The position numbers and the translations under genes are program-made. Below are positions 47,756 through 57,698 of a stretch of 64,000 nt of DNA, one piece after another; position 1 is the first letter of the stretch, and the number at the start of each line of letters is the position of its first letter. The notes under the pieces were generated by a model. It saw only the letters and a program-made list of their open reading frames with translations, had not been told where the DNA came from and made no database searches. This stretch comes from Alphaproteobacteria bacterium (GTDB lineage Bacteria; Pseudomonadota; Alphaproteobacteria; UBA7887): assembly GCA_965216755.1 (NCBI GenBank), contig CBDCGL010000011.1, forward strand, positions 4,384,001 to 4,448,000, written 5' to 3'.

Positions 47756-50497
47756 ATGACCCGCATGCAAATTCAACACGGATTGACGGTCTTGGGCCTC
47801 GCCGTGGCGTGTGTCTGTTTGACCGGACCGGCTTACGGCCAATTGATACCGCCGGGCGCAACCGCTGATCTGGCGGTCATACAACGTGATTTGAACACGG
47901 CCCTGGAGCAAGCGGAAACCGACGCGGTCGCGCGCTGGACCAACCCAGCCACAGGTCACCATGGTGAAATCACGCCTCTTGAGACCTTTCTGGCGGATGC
48001 GGTAACGCCATGTCGTAAGTACCGGCGTACCTGGGACGACGGTAACAGGACACTTATCTATGAAGGCGCCGGGTGTCGGAATTTTGATGGCACGTGGCGC
48101 ATTGTCGACGAGCGACAGGTGGCCCACCAAGCGGCGCAAGCGGACGGCGCATGGGTGCCGCCCGACGCCGAAACCAATGTTGAACCGCGTCCCTTGTCAC
48201 GCGGCGGCATTGTCGAGGCACAGCGCTTGTTGGCCCAGCTGGGCTACGACCCAGGGCCGGCTGATGGTGTTGCCGGACCCAAGACTGGCCGCGCCGTCGA
48301 AGCTTTTCAGCGCAAAAATGAAATGGACGTGACCGGCGAGCTCGACTCCCAAGTTCTGGCGGCCATGCGGCGTGGGGTCGAAAGCGAGGAAAGCAGCGCG
48401 GCCGACGCAGCCGAAGTGCGCGATGAAGGTGAAGAACCGGTCGAGGCCCAGGATGATGAGCCGATTTCCGGTATCGAGGAGGCGGAGCCAGAGGGGGCGG
48501 ACGATGCGGTTGATCGGTCTGAGGCCGAAGACTTGCTTTGGGCTGATGCCGAAACGGCAGAAACAGATGGCGATCCGGTGATTTTTGAGGTGCAAGAGCT
48601 CCTGACCGTCTTGGCGTTCGATCCGGGACCGATCAATGGCCGAAACAACCCACGAACAAAGCGCGCCGTGCAGCTTTTTCAACGGAGCCAATACGACGCG
48701 GCGACCGGTATTGTTGATGGCGCTCTGCTTGAGTCGCTGCGGGCCGCGGTCGTGAACGCGGCGGACGAAGGCTTGGAAGCGCCGGCGGATAGCATGGCCG
48801 CGGATGCGCGCGACGATGCGAGCGCCGCTGAGGCGGCAGCCGACGATGACGGTACCGCTGAGGCAATGGCCGATGATGGCGCTGTCGAGACCGATCAGGA
48901 CGATGAGGATGTTGCCGATGCAACGGACGCCGCCGCCGCGGCAGAGACTTTTGAGATTACCCCGGCGGTCGTGAAGGAAGTGCAGGAACGTCTGACCGCC
49001 CTGGGCCACGATGCCGGCAATGCTGACGGTGTTGCCGGCGCAAAGACCCATGCGGCGATCGAGTCCTATCAACAGGCACGATCGCTGACGGTCGATGGCG
49101 CGATCAGCGAAAGCTTGTTGCGCACGCTTTGGGAAGATGACGAGACGGCTAGCTTGGTAACCAACGCCGATGCGGCGTCCGACGACAGTGTCGAAGAGCA
49201 TTCGCCGGATGACACGACCACGGTCGCGGTAGCCGAGCCCGATGACGCGGAGCCGGACGCGGCGGATTCGACCAGATCACAGGTTGCGCCAGCGGCTCCG
49301 ACCCCGATTGCCGATCGTGTTGTTGCCTCGCCGGCGCCCAAAGATGGGCGGGTCGCAGATCCGACCGGTGGGGCGCCAGCCGAAAACGTCGCCCGCCCCG
49401 CCCCGGCAACGGAGGACTCCGTCGAACCGATCACAATTGCGGCGAGTCGACCGAAGGATCCGCTTGCACTGCCGGTTGACATCGAAATTCTCGACGCAAC
49501 GTCACAGGCGGCGGAAACCCTTGAAGGGGATGGCGACGCCGCCAGCGATGAGGAACCTTTGCGAATCGGGGAGCTGGCGATTCCACCATTGCCGTATGGC
49601 ACGATCCCGGTCGCCGCGCCGATTACACTGCCGTCACGCATGTCTTATTTGTTGGTTGCCCTAGGTGATGTGGCCAAGCGCGGCGATGGCGGCGACGATA
49701 TTGTGTTGAACAACGAAGAGGCGATGGTGGCGCGCGTGGCGAAGGCAGAGGCGGATACGCTCGCGTTTTGTGCGCTTGGTGCAGAAGATGAGGGGTTCCA
49801 TGCGGCGCAAGCGACCTACGACTTCATCGACCGCGCTCAAGTGCGGGCTAAATCGGTCGAGGCCGTAAGCGGCGCCGGCGCCGAGCAAGCCGTCACTGAC
49901 GCTGCGTGCGATGTATTGATCGGACTAGAGGCGTCTGTCTTGGCGTTGTTCGGTGACGACATGCCGAACGACGCGGTGGTCGTCTCGATGACGCCGCGGC
50001 CGTCGCGAAGTCTGGCGGGTGGCTTGTACGCCATGGATGTACGCGGCATTCGGTTGCGCGATTCGATGTACAAGGTTGCCGGTCGCGTGCCGTTCCAGCC
50101 CCGTCCGCAAATGCTGGATCGTGACCACAGTATCGTCGACATCTATGACGCCAAGGCCGAGCATGACGGCGCCCAATTTGACCTGACCTTTGATCGTGAT
50201 CGCAGACTCGTGGCGCTGGAGGTGAGTTGGGATCTGACATCGCCGGAATCTGCGCAGAACATTGCCAATGCGCTGGCCGAACAGTATGGCGATCCGGTCA
50301 AGAAGCAGGACACCGATGCGCAAGTGACTCTGTATTATGCATCGCCTCCGATACCCGACCAAGGCGCGGCGGACGCCTACGCGGTGTTCACGGTGGACGG
50401 CGCGGATCGTCGGGTACGGGTCAGTCTCGTTGACAATATCGGCATGCGGCGCAACGATGCTGCGGGCCGGAGCTATATGGCAACGCTCGATCGATAA
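47756..50497 (+). CDS. Large secreted protein: RT0821/17-kDa antigen domain + three PG_binding_1 domains + acidic linkers + unknown C-terminal domain
   Basis: WTNPATGHHGEITP...CRKY...GAGCR..DGTW; three Q..L..LG.D.G..DG..G..T..A...FQ repeats. Confidence 0.85.
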   Translation: MTRMQIQHGLTVLGLAVACVCLTGPAYGQLIPPGATADLAVIQRDLNTALEQAETDAVARWTNPATGHHGEITPLETFLADAVTPCRKYRRTWDDGNRTLIYEGAGCRNFDGTWRIVDERQVAHQAAQADGAWVPPDAETNVEPRPLSRGGIVEAQRLLAQLGYDPGPADGVAGPKTGRAVEAFQRKNEMDVTGELDSQVLAAMRRGVESEESSAADAAEVRDEGEEPVEAQDDEPISGIEEAEPEGADDAVDRSEAEDLLWADAETAETDGDPVIFEVQELLTVLAFDPGPINGRNNPRTKRAVQLFQRSQYDAATGIVDGALLESLRAAVVNAADEGLEAPADSMAADARDDASAAEAAADDDGTAEAMADDGAVETDQDDEDVADATDAAAAAETFEITPAVVKEVQERLTALGHDAGNADGVAGAKTHAAIESYQQARSLTVDGAISESLLRTLWEDDETASLVTNADAASDDSVEEHSPDDTTTVAVAEPDDAEPDAADSTRSQVAPAAPTPIADRVVASPAPKDGRVADPTGGAPAENVARPAPATEDSVEPITIAASRPKDPLALPVDIEILDATSQAAETLEGDGDAASDEEPLRIGELAIPPLPYGTIPVAAPITLPSRMSYLLVALGDVAKRGDGGDDIVLNNEEAMVARVAKAEADTLAFCALGAEDEGFHAAQATYDFIDRAQVRAKSVEAVSGAGAEQAVTDAACDVLIGLEASVLALFGDDMPNDAVVVSMTPRPSRSLAGGLYAMDVRGIRLRDSMYKVAGRVPFQPRPQMLDRDHSIVDIYDAKAEHDGAQFDLTFDRDRRLVALEVSWDLTSPESAQNIANALAEQYGDPVKKQDTDAQVTLYYASPPIPDQGAADAYAVFTVDGADRRVRVSLVDNIGMRRNDAAGRSYMATLDR

Positions 50498-50535
50498 CGC
50501 GTGCGACGGGCTCGGGTTGCGCATTGAGGGGGCAG

Positions 50536-51225
50536 ATGTCGCAAGAAACCGCTTTGATCGTCGGCGCGGGAGCGGGGCTCAGTGCGTCGCTGGCGCGACT
50601 TTTTGCACGCGAACAAATGGGCGTCGCTGTCGCTGCGCGTCAGCCTGAAAAACTTAAGGAATTGGTGGCGGAGATCGACGGCCGGGCTTACGCGTGCGAC
50701 GCCACGTCGCCGGACGCGGTGGCCGCCCTGTTTACGTCATTTGAAGCGGATTTCGGCACACCGGATATCGTTGTCTATAACCCGTCGGCACGGCAACCCG
50801 GCGGGATCGCCGAAATCGATGCGGACGCGGTGCGCGACGCTCTTATGGTCACGTGCTTCGGCGGTTTCCTGGTTGGCCAGCAGGCGGCGCGGCGCATGCG
50901 TGATGCGGGCCGCGGCTCGATCCTGCTTACGGGTGCCTCGGCGTCGGTCAAGGGCTATGCCAAATCGGCATCGTTTGCCATGGGCAAATTCGGACTACGT
51001 GGGCTTGCACAAAGCATGGCTCGCGAATTGGCGCCGCAAAACATCCATGTCGCACACTTTGTTATCGATGGCGCGATTCGATCTGCGGCGCGCGGGCGCA
51101 TCGACGAGAACGACAGTTTTCTTGATCCCGATGCGATCGCCCAAAGTTACTTAGACATTCACCGCCAGCATCGCAGCGCATGGACGTGGGAGATCGAATT
51201 GCGTCCATGGGTGGAAAATTTCTAA
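50536..51225 (+). CDS. SDR family oxidoreductase
   Basis: IVGAGAGLS, TGASASVKG, FAMGKFGLRGLAQSMARE, AWTWEIELRPW. Confidence 0.92.
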   Translation: MSQETALIVGAGAGLSASLARLFAREQMGVAVAARQPEKLKELVAEIDGRAYACDATSPDAVAALFTSFEADFGTPDIVVYNPSARQPGGIAEIDADAVRDALMVTCFGGFLVGQQAARRMRDAGRGSILLTGASASVKGYAKSASFAMGKFGLRGLAQSMARELAPQNIHVAHFVIDGAIRSAARGRIDENDSFLDPDAIAQSYLDIHRQHRSAWTWEIELRPWVENF

Positions 51226-51261
51226 AGTAACGATTGGCCGTTGGAGCATAGACCAACGGGG

Positions 51262-52086
51262 TCAACTGCCCGCTTCGATCATGTGTATATCGCGTTGTGG
51301 ATAGGGGATGTTGACCCCGGCCGAATCGAGCGCTTCCTTCATGGCGCGGGTAAGGTCGAATTTCACGTTCCAGTAGTCGCTCCGATTGCACCATACGCGG
51401 AGCATGATGTTGACCGAACTGTCGGCCAGCTCGGTAACAGCGGTCATGGGATCCGGGTCGGCCAAGACGCGTTTGTCGTCTTGGGCCAGCTTGAGGATCG
51501 TGGTTGCGGCCTTGCCGATATCGTCGCCGTAACCGATGCCGACGACCAGATCGATGCGCCGCGTTGGATTGAAACTGTAGTTGCGCACCGGCGTATTCCA
51601 CACTTCTTTGTTAGGCGCGACGACATGGACATTGTCCGGCGTGGCGAATTCGGTGACGAACAAGTTGAGCGATTTCACAGTGCCGGCGATGCCGGCCACC
51701 TCAACGAAATCACCGACCCGAAACGGCCGAAATACCAGCAGCATGACACCGGCGGCAACGTTGCTCAGTGTCCCCTGCAATGCCAAGCCCACGGCTAGAC
51801 CGGCGGCGCCCAGAACGGCTATCAGGCTGGCGGTTTGGATGCCGACTTGCGAAAGTGCGGCGAGCAGCACGACCGTCAGCACCAGATAGCGGGCCAAACT
51901 GGCGAAAAAGCCACGCAATGTCCGATCGAACTTTGACGTCTTGCCGAGCGCATTGTACACGGCGCGGCGGACCCAACCGGCAACGATCCAGCCAACGACG
52001 ATGATGACCAGCGCGCCGATGATCTTTAGTCCGTAGACGGATAGCATTGTCGTTGCCATTGCGGCGATATCATCAAAGTTGGTCAT
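51262..52086 (-). CDS. mscS: Small-conductance mechanosensitive channel
   Basis: LGAAGLAVGLALQGTLSNVAAG, RPFRVGD, NYS...RRIDL, IPYPQRD. Confidence 0.93.
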   Translation of the reverse strand: MTNFDDIAAMATTMLSVYGLKIIGALVIIVVGWIVAGWVRRAVYNALGKTSKFDRTLRGFFASLARYLVLTVVLLAALSQVGIQTASLIAVLGAAGLAVGLALQGTLSNVAAGVMLLVFRPFRVGDFVEVAGIAGTVKSLNLFVTEFATPDNVHVVAPNKEVWNTPVRNYSFNPTRRIDLVVGIGYGDDIGKAATTILKLAQDDKRVLADPDPMTAVTELADSSVNIMLRVWCNRSDYWNVKFDLTRAMKEALDSAGVNIPYPQRDIHMIEAGS

Positions 52087-52311
52087 CAAGCTTTGCCCCT
52101 TCGCGCAATTTGTGGACATGTCTGGTGCTGCGGATTTTCGCCAACACATGTCATGATAATCATTTGACGGCACAGACCATAGCGGAGATCGCGTTCACGA
52201 TCACGAGTCACGCGCGCGTCATTGGCCACCGCCGTGCCCTTGCCCTTGCCGTACCCCGGGCGGGGATGCGCCGCGGATTCAAATCCTGTACGATTGCGGC
52301 AGGAGGACGAG

Positions 52312-52725
52312 ATGGCAGCGAAACAACAACGACAATTTCGACGATATGCGGGATGTGGGTCGAATGTGGTGCGGGCGTGTTTGATGGCAGCCAGCATGGC
52401 GGCGGCAACTTCGGCTTGGGGCCAGGTCGTCGACGATCAAGGGTTTGATGATTTGGCCTATATCGTTCAGGCTCTTAATACGGCGTTGGAGACCACGCGT
52501 TCGGGCACCGAGACAACTTGGCACAACCCGTCCAGCGGTCACCACGGCATAGTGGTGCCGTCCTCGACTTTCTCCGACGCCAAAGGGCGGCCATGTCGAA
52601 CCTATAAGCGGACGTGGCGTGGCGGTGGAGCGTTTGCCGTCTATCGCGGCGCGGCCTGCCGGAGCGGCAACCAGGTTTGGCACATTCAAAGCGAACGCCA
52701 GGACTCGTCTGTCGGCGAGGTCTAG
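52312..52725 (+). CDS. RT0821/Lpp0805 family (17-kDa surface antigen-like) protein
   Basis: AGGAGG RBS; signal peptide; ALETTRSG...WHNPSSGHHG...CRTY...GAACR...W. Confidence 0.85.
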   Translation: MAAKQQRQFRRYAGCGSNVVRACLMAASMAAATSAWGQVVDDQGFDDLAYIVQALNTALETTRSGTETTWHNPSSGHHGIVVPSSTFSDAKGRPCRTYKRTWRGGGAFAVYRGAACRSGNQVWHIQSERQDSSVGEV

Positions 52726-52817
52726 ATCAATCTTCGTTCAAACGGATTCGTTTGGACGAAGGTAAATTGATCGATATCAGTTAGATATGGAGGCTCAACA
52801 GTCTAGGTTTGGGATCG

Positions 52818-54110
52818 TTAAGCGGCGGATACGGCGGCGCGACGGGCCGGAACGGGGGATAGTGGCTGCGGCGGGCGGTTCAATGGTTGAGACAGTTGGA
52901 TGAACATGGTCCGCCCGGTCGTGACCGCGAGACTTACTGACTCCCAATGCTGGCTGACGAACTTGTTGACGGTTTGATGAACAACGTCTTCGGAGCAGCC
53001 ATCATAGTTACGAAACAAGATCCAACCATGGGGGACAACGCGCGCGCCCCATGTCGCCAGGATCCGATTCAGGTCGCTGGGTGAAATCGCGGTGTCAAGG
53101 GTCAGCACCGAAATCTCGCCACGATACTCGGTGCGCCCGAACGCCCGCGATTCAAAAGTGCGGCTTTTGGCGTAGGTTGCCAAAGCCGCCTCGGCAGGCG
53201 CGCGGGTGTAGTTCAGGCGGCCTTGGAAGCTGGGCATCAGATTGATCATGAAATAGAGCAAGCCGTGGTCGGTTTCCGGCGCGTTCGCCTTAGCCCCGGC
53301 GCCGGGCTGGTTGGCCGGCGTCGCCGTATGGGTGGCATCAACACACAGTACGTTGCCAATGTCGTATTGGCTCGCAAGCCAGCTCAACACAAAGGCCAAA
53401 CGACCACACAATTCGCCCACCGCAACGAAGTCGCCACGGGGTGCCGCGCGCGCGACGTCGGTCAGCAGCCAGGCCATCGCCTCGTCGACATCACCGTCGA
53501 CCTCGGCAACGCGCTTCAAAAACGCCATGCGTTCGATCTGACTCGATTTTGGGCGCAGCTTGATCCGCGGGCTGCCGCCGAACAGAAAGCTTTCCGCCTG
53601 TGATCGCCGCGCCAGATCGATCAACGCCGCGGCCTGCCGTTCTGCCGGGCTCGGTCGCACCAATTCTGTCGCCGTCTGACAGCGCGCGAACAAGGCCTCC
53701 AAACGATGCCAAAGGGCTTCGACTGGGCAAAAGACCGTGGCGATGTCTTCGCGTGCCAAAAGAGCCATCAGATTGTCGTCGAAGGTTGGGTGGCTGGGTG
53801 CCGGCAGATCCGCCCAACGGCGGTAGTTGGCGGCCGCCGGATCGCCTCTTTGCCAGGACGCGCCGACCACATCCTGCCCCGCGGCCTCGGCGATCGCTCG
53901 GTAGCATTGCGATTCCGGCAGTTCGCCCGGCAGCAGCAGCAGACGCCAGCGCGCTTCCGGCATGGCCAGGGTGGGCTCCGGACCGCAATCCTCCGCCGCC
54001 CAGCCCATCATGCGGTCGCGCCAGGATTTGCCGTTTTGTCGCTTTGACCGGCCTGTCACGTTATGCCCCATTCCCAACACAGTGCGGGCGTCATGCCACG
54101 CCCATCCCAA
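52818..54110 (-). CDS. Class I methyltransferase-fold (Methyltransf_24-like) protein with degenerate motifs
   Basis: GDFVAVG...GRLAFVL.WL...IGNVLCVD...ISVLTLD...WG..VVPHGWILFRNY aligns to the EIGxxxGxS / HIDGxH / GGxxxxDDY layout. Start uncertain. Confidence 0.65.
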   Translation of the reverse strand: MGWAWHDARTVLGMGHNVTGRSKRQNGKSWRDRMMGWAAEDCGPEPTLAMPEARWRLLLLPGELPESQCYRAIAEAAGQDVVGASWQRGDPAAANYRRWADLPAPSHPTFDDNLMALLAREDIATVFCPVEALWHRLEALFARCQTATELVRPSPAERQAAALIDLARRSQAESFLFGGSPRIKLRPKSSQIERMAFLKRVAEVDGDVDEAMAWLLTDVARAAPRGDFVAVGELCGRLAFVLSWLASQYDIGNVLCVDATHTATPANQPGAGAKANAPETDHGLLYFMINLMPSFQGRLNYTRAPAEAALATYAKSRTFESRAFGRTEYRGEISVLTLDTAISPSDLNRILATWGARVVPHGWILFRNYDGCSEDVVHQTVNKFVSQHWESVSLAVTTGRTMFIQLSQPLNRPPQPLSPVPARRAAVSAA

Positions 54111-54295
54111 GGGGATACGACAGAGACATTAACCAATTGCAAATGAATGAGATCGGGGCGCGAGCATGACGTCTGAGCACGTAGCCGACTTCCCGAACCA
54201 TTTACGAGAATAAACTTACTTAATGACTAGTATGGGTTGTATTTTATAGCTAGAATACCTCCGTCGGGGCGGAATGATCGACAAGGAGAATTGTC

Positions 54296-56440
54296 ATGCT
54301 TGGTTTTGCCAAAACCCGAGCATTGCTGCTCGGCGCTTGTTTCTCTGTCGCTAGCATCTGCGCTTTTGCGCAAGAAGATCTCTTCGCGCCTTATATGGCC
54401 GCGCCGCCGGAACTGACCGAATTGTTTGCCGATGTATCAGTGGCACCGACGGCGGAGCTCGCTGAAACCGTTGTCGCGACATCAACCGCGCGGACCGCTC
54501 TAGGTGGGGAGGCACGCGCACATGTTCTGCTTTCGCTCGATGAACCGCTGACCGCGGCGCGGCATGCGGAGCTCGCGGACAATGGTATTCGAATCCTGGA
54601 CAAATATGATGAATCCACTTGGATCGCTGCGATGGATCTTACTGGCGCTGATTTCGCCGTGAGTGACGGGCCCGTTCGCGGTGCTACAATCTATCCACCA
54701 CAAGCCAAAGTTTCTGAGACGATTTCACTGGAGTCGCCCTATGAATGGCAGCGGCGCGAGGATAGCGAAGCACTAGGCTATACAGTATTGTTTCACAAAG
54801 GCATTTCCGCGGATGAGGCAGCGGGTGCGCTGTCTACGGTTACTGACGACCAATTCGATACCGTCGACAATGCGGCGTTTCCGTACGTTCGCTCATTGAC
54901 GGTGACGCTGACATCAGACGAGCTTGTCGCGGTTACCCAGCTTGACGTGGTTCAGTTTGTCGAGCCTGAAGCCCCGCCGAACATCGATCAAAATTTCACC
55001 AATACACAACCCATCTCAAATGTCGATGACGTGCAAAATGCACCCTACAACCTATCGGGAATTGGTGTGACTGTCGGTGTTTGGGAACACGGAGATACGG
55101 TGCGTGCGACGCATGTGGACTTGGCACCAAGGGTTACCGTTCAAGCGAATCAAACCACAAGTCAGGATGGCCACGCACTTCACGTGTCGGGCACAATTGG
55201 TGCCAGCGGCGTAAACTTTCCGGCGGCGGAGGGCATGGCACCGCAAATCGACATACTGAGTTGGGATGCGGACGGCGACACGGCCGAAATGGCGGTGGCG
55301 GCGGCACCGGGCAGCGCCAATCGCATTGTCGCTTCAAATCATTCCTATGGCGCAACTATCGGGTGGCGCCGTCCCGGGCCTGTCTTCATTCCAAATCAAG
55401 ATCAATTTGGTCGATATACCGCGCGGTCGGTCGCCTTTGACACGATCGTTGCCGGCGACGGCGTGAGCGTCGCCGGCACGGACCTGGTCATCGTCAAATC
55501 AGCCGGCAATGACAGAGGGAATGGCCAAGGGTTTGGACCAGAGCCGGCTGATTGTCGACAAGGTGGGCTCGGTATTGACGCCGATTGTATTGGGCCGGTG
55601 GCCTCTGCAAAAAATGTTATCACGGTTGGGGCGATGAACGGGGGAGCGTCTGTCGCGCACTTTTCGGGTTTCGGTCCCACGGACGATGGCAGGATTAAAC
55701 CCGACATCATGGCCAATGGCACGAATGTCCGGTCGCTCGGCGATGCAAGCGCGACGACCGACGATATCCCACAGACAGACGACGGAACATGGGTGGCTCA
55801 GGGTACGTCCATGTCGGCGCCGGCGGTTACGGGCATCGTCTCACTGCTGAACGAAGAGTTGTCCAATCTTGCACTGACGGAGCCGCCGTCGGCTGCCGCC
55901 ATAAAGGCTATCCTTATTCAAACGGCACGCGATGTGGCGGGTACCGACCAGGCGACTGTCGGCCCTGACTATGCAACAGGTTGGGGCATCGCCGACGCCC
56001 AAGCCGCCGCCGATCTAGTTCGTCGGCAAGGTGGTCCAGGTTTTGCCGAGGGTACCGTCACGGATACAGGGCTCGCGGGCGCGTGGGAATTTCCGTTCGT
56101 GGTCCCGGCAGGTGAAGCTGACCTGCGTGTGACGCTCGCTTGGAGCGACTTGCCCGGCATTGCGGAAGATGCCGCATCTGACCTTAGAAACGATCTGGAT
56201 TTGCGATTGATCCCACCAGGCACGGGCGCACCCCAGCAACCTTGGACCTTGGATCCGACGAATCCCGGCGAGGCAGCGGTTCGCAACGGCGGCGACGATG
56301 CCACGAACAATGTCGAGCAGGTATTGGTTATAGACCCCGCCGATGGGACATGGCTTGCGCGGGTTACGGCGAAACCGAACAGTCTCGGGCTCGGGCCTCA
56401 ACGATTTGCCATAGCTGGCCCCATAACCCCGGATACGTGA
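54296..56440 (+). CDS. Secreted S8 subtilase with C-terminal beta-sandwich
   Basis: AAGGAG RBS; signal peptide; VGVWE, HALHVSGTIG, KSAGND, AKNVITVGA, DGRIKPDI, GTSMSAP, LAWSD...NDLDL...NNVEQV. Confidence 0.92.
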   Translation: MLGFAKTRALLLGACFSVASICAFAQEDLFAPYMAAPPELTELFADVSVAPTAELAETVVATSTARTALGGEARAHVLLSLDEPLTAARHAELADNGIRILDKYDESTWIAAMDLTGADFAVSDGPVRGATIYPPQAKVSETISLESPYEWQRREDSEALGYTVLFHKGISADEAAGALSTVTDDQFDTVDNAAFPYVRSLTVTLTSDELVAVTQLDVVQFVEPEAPPNIDQNFTNTQPISNVDDVQNAPYNLSGIGVTVGVWEHGDTVRATHVDLAPRVTVQANQTTSQDGHALHVSGTIGASGVNFPAAEGMAPQIDILSWDADGDTAEMAVAAAPGSANRIVASNHSYGATIGWRRPGPVFIPNQDQFGRYTARSVAFDTIVAGDGVSVAGTDLVIVKSAGNDRGNGQGFGPEPADCRQGGLGIDADCIGPVASAKNVITVGAMNGGASVAHFSGFGPTDDGRIKPDIMANGTNVRSLGDASATTDDIPQTDDGTWVAQGTSMSAPAVTGIVSLLNEELSNLALTEPPSAAAIKAILIQTARDVAGTDQATVGPDYATGWGIADAQAAADLVRRQGGPGFAEGTVTDTGLAGAWEFPFVVPAGEADLRVTLAWSDLPGIAEDAASDLRNDLDLRLIPPGTGAPQQPWTLDPTNPGEAAVRNGGDDATNNVEQVLVIDPADGTWLARVTAKPNSLGLGPQRFAIAGPITPDT

Positions 56441-56706
56441 CCAATTGCTGGACCGAAGCAAAACATTCTTGAGGCACGCGAAAGGCCCGACTCGATACAG
56501 TTGCGGGATGCCACCGTGGGCTTGACCACGCTTCAATCCATGCAAGCAAGTGGTTGCCGCGAACAAGGTCGATCGCGGTCGGGCGCATCCAGACGGATTA
56601 TTGACGCGCGAAACGTTGTCGAGCTTTGTTATGCGCTGATCGGGCGTGGGCGATAGATGTCCGGGTCGGACAAGCATTGTGCGACCCAGACCAACTCGTT
56701 GCGCCC

Positions 56707-57555
56707 CTAAAAACGTCCCGCGCGGAAATCGGCGATGGCCTGTTCGATCTCTTGGCGGGTGTTCATGACAAATGGCCCGTAGCGGGCCACGGGTTCGTGC
56801 AGCGGCCGGCCCGCGACCAGCAGCACGCGGCCGCCGGCGCCCGCGCCGCGCAGGCCGACCCCATCACCGACGCCAAGAATACCAAGGGCTTTCGGTTTGA
56901 GTGCAGTGTCTGCCTTGCCCGGGCCGGTGACGACACTGGCAGAGCCGTCAATGAGATAGACAAAACCCGCGTGGCCGAGCCGGATAGGCTGTTCAAAGGT
57001 CACACCGGTCGGGATCGCAATATCCAGGTATAGCGGATCCACCGCGATGCCAGTGACCGCGCCGCTGGTCCCGCCGACCATGCCAGCAATCACCCGTACC
57101 GTGACGCCGTCATCGCAATGCACTTCCGGAATCTCGTCCGGCTCCAAGTTTTGATATCGGGGCGCGCGCATCTTGTCGCTGGCCGGCAAATTGACCCAAA
57201 GCTGAAAGCCGCGCATCAGGCCGTCTCGCTGTTCGGGCATTTCGGAATGAATGATGCCGCGGCCAGCTGTCATCCATTGCGCGCCGCCCGGTTTCAGGCT
57301 GCCGCCAGCACCAGTCGAGTCCTGATGCCGCATGCGTCCGGCAAGCATGTAGGTGACGGTTTCAAAGCCGCGATGCGGATGGTCCGGAAATCCGGCGATA
57401 TAGTCAGCGCCGTCTTCGGATGCAAACTCGTCGAGCAGTAGAAATGGATCCAGATCGCTGAGATCCGGCATACCGATCGTGCGGTACAGCTTGACGCCAG
57501 CCCCGTCGCTGGTGGGTGTCGCCGGCACGATCCGCTCAATTGCACGCAGTTCCAT
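56707..57555 (-). CDS. Pirin family protein
   Basis: DPFLLLD, FPDHPHRGFETVTY, QWMTAGRGIIHSEMP, FQLWVNLP, GPFVMNT. Confidence 0.95.
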   Translation of the reverse strand: MELRAIERIVPATPTSDGAGVKLYRTIGMPDLSDLDPFLLLDEFASEDGADYIAGFPDHPHRGFETVTYMLAGRMRHQDSTGAGGSLKPGGAQWMTAGRGIIHSEMPEQRDGLMRGFQLWVNLPASDKMRAPRYQNLEPDEIPEVHCDDGVTVRVIAGMVGGTSGAVTGIAVDPLYLDIAIPTGVTFEQPIRLGHAGFVYLIDGSASVVTGPGKADTALKPKALGILGVGDGVGLRGAGAGGRVLLVAGRPLHEPVARYGPFVMNTRQEIEQAIADFRAGRF

Positions 57556-57698
57556 GATCGGCCTCCTTGTTGTCCGACACGTTCCTGAAAGGGCTTCGCG
57601 TCGTCTGTCGACCTGTCAGGTAAATCCTAGCGCTTTGCAAAACAATAAGGCACGGGGAAATAGATTGTTGCCAAATAGGCAACAGCCGCGGGCCCAAA

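Noticed and set aside
52767-52780. Second FNR-like site TTGAT-CGAT-ATCAG
   Set aside because: It has one mismatch and lies between convergent gene ends, so there is no obvious promoter to control.
56438-56440. Selenocysteine recoding of the subtilase TGA
   Set aside because: It lies in a linker with no redox motif, and I recognised no SECIS hairpin.
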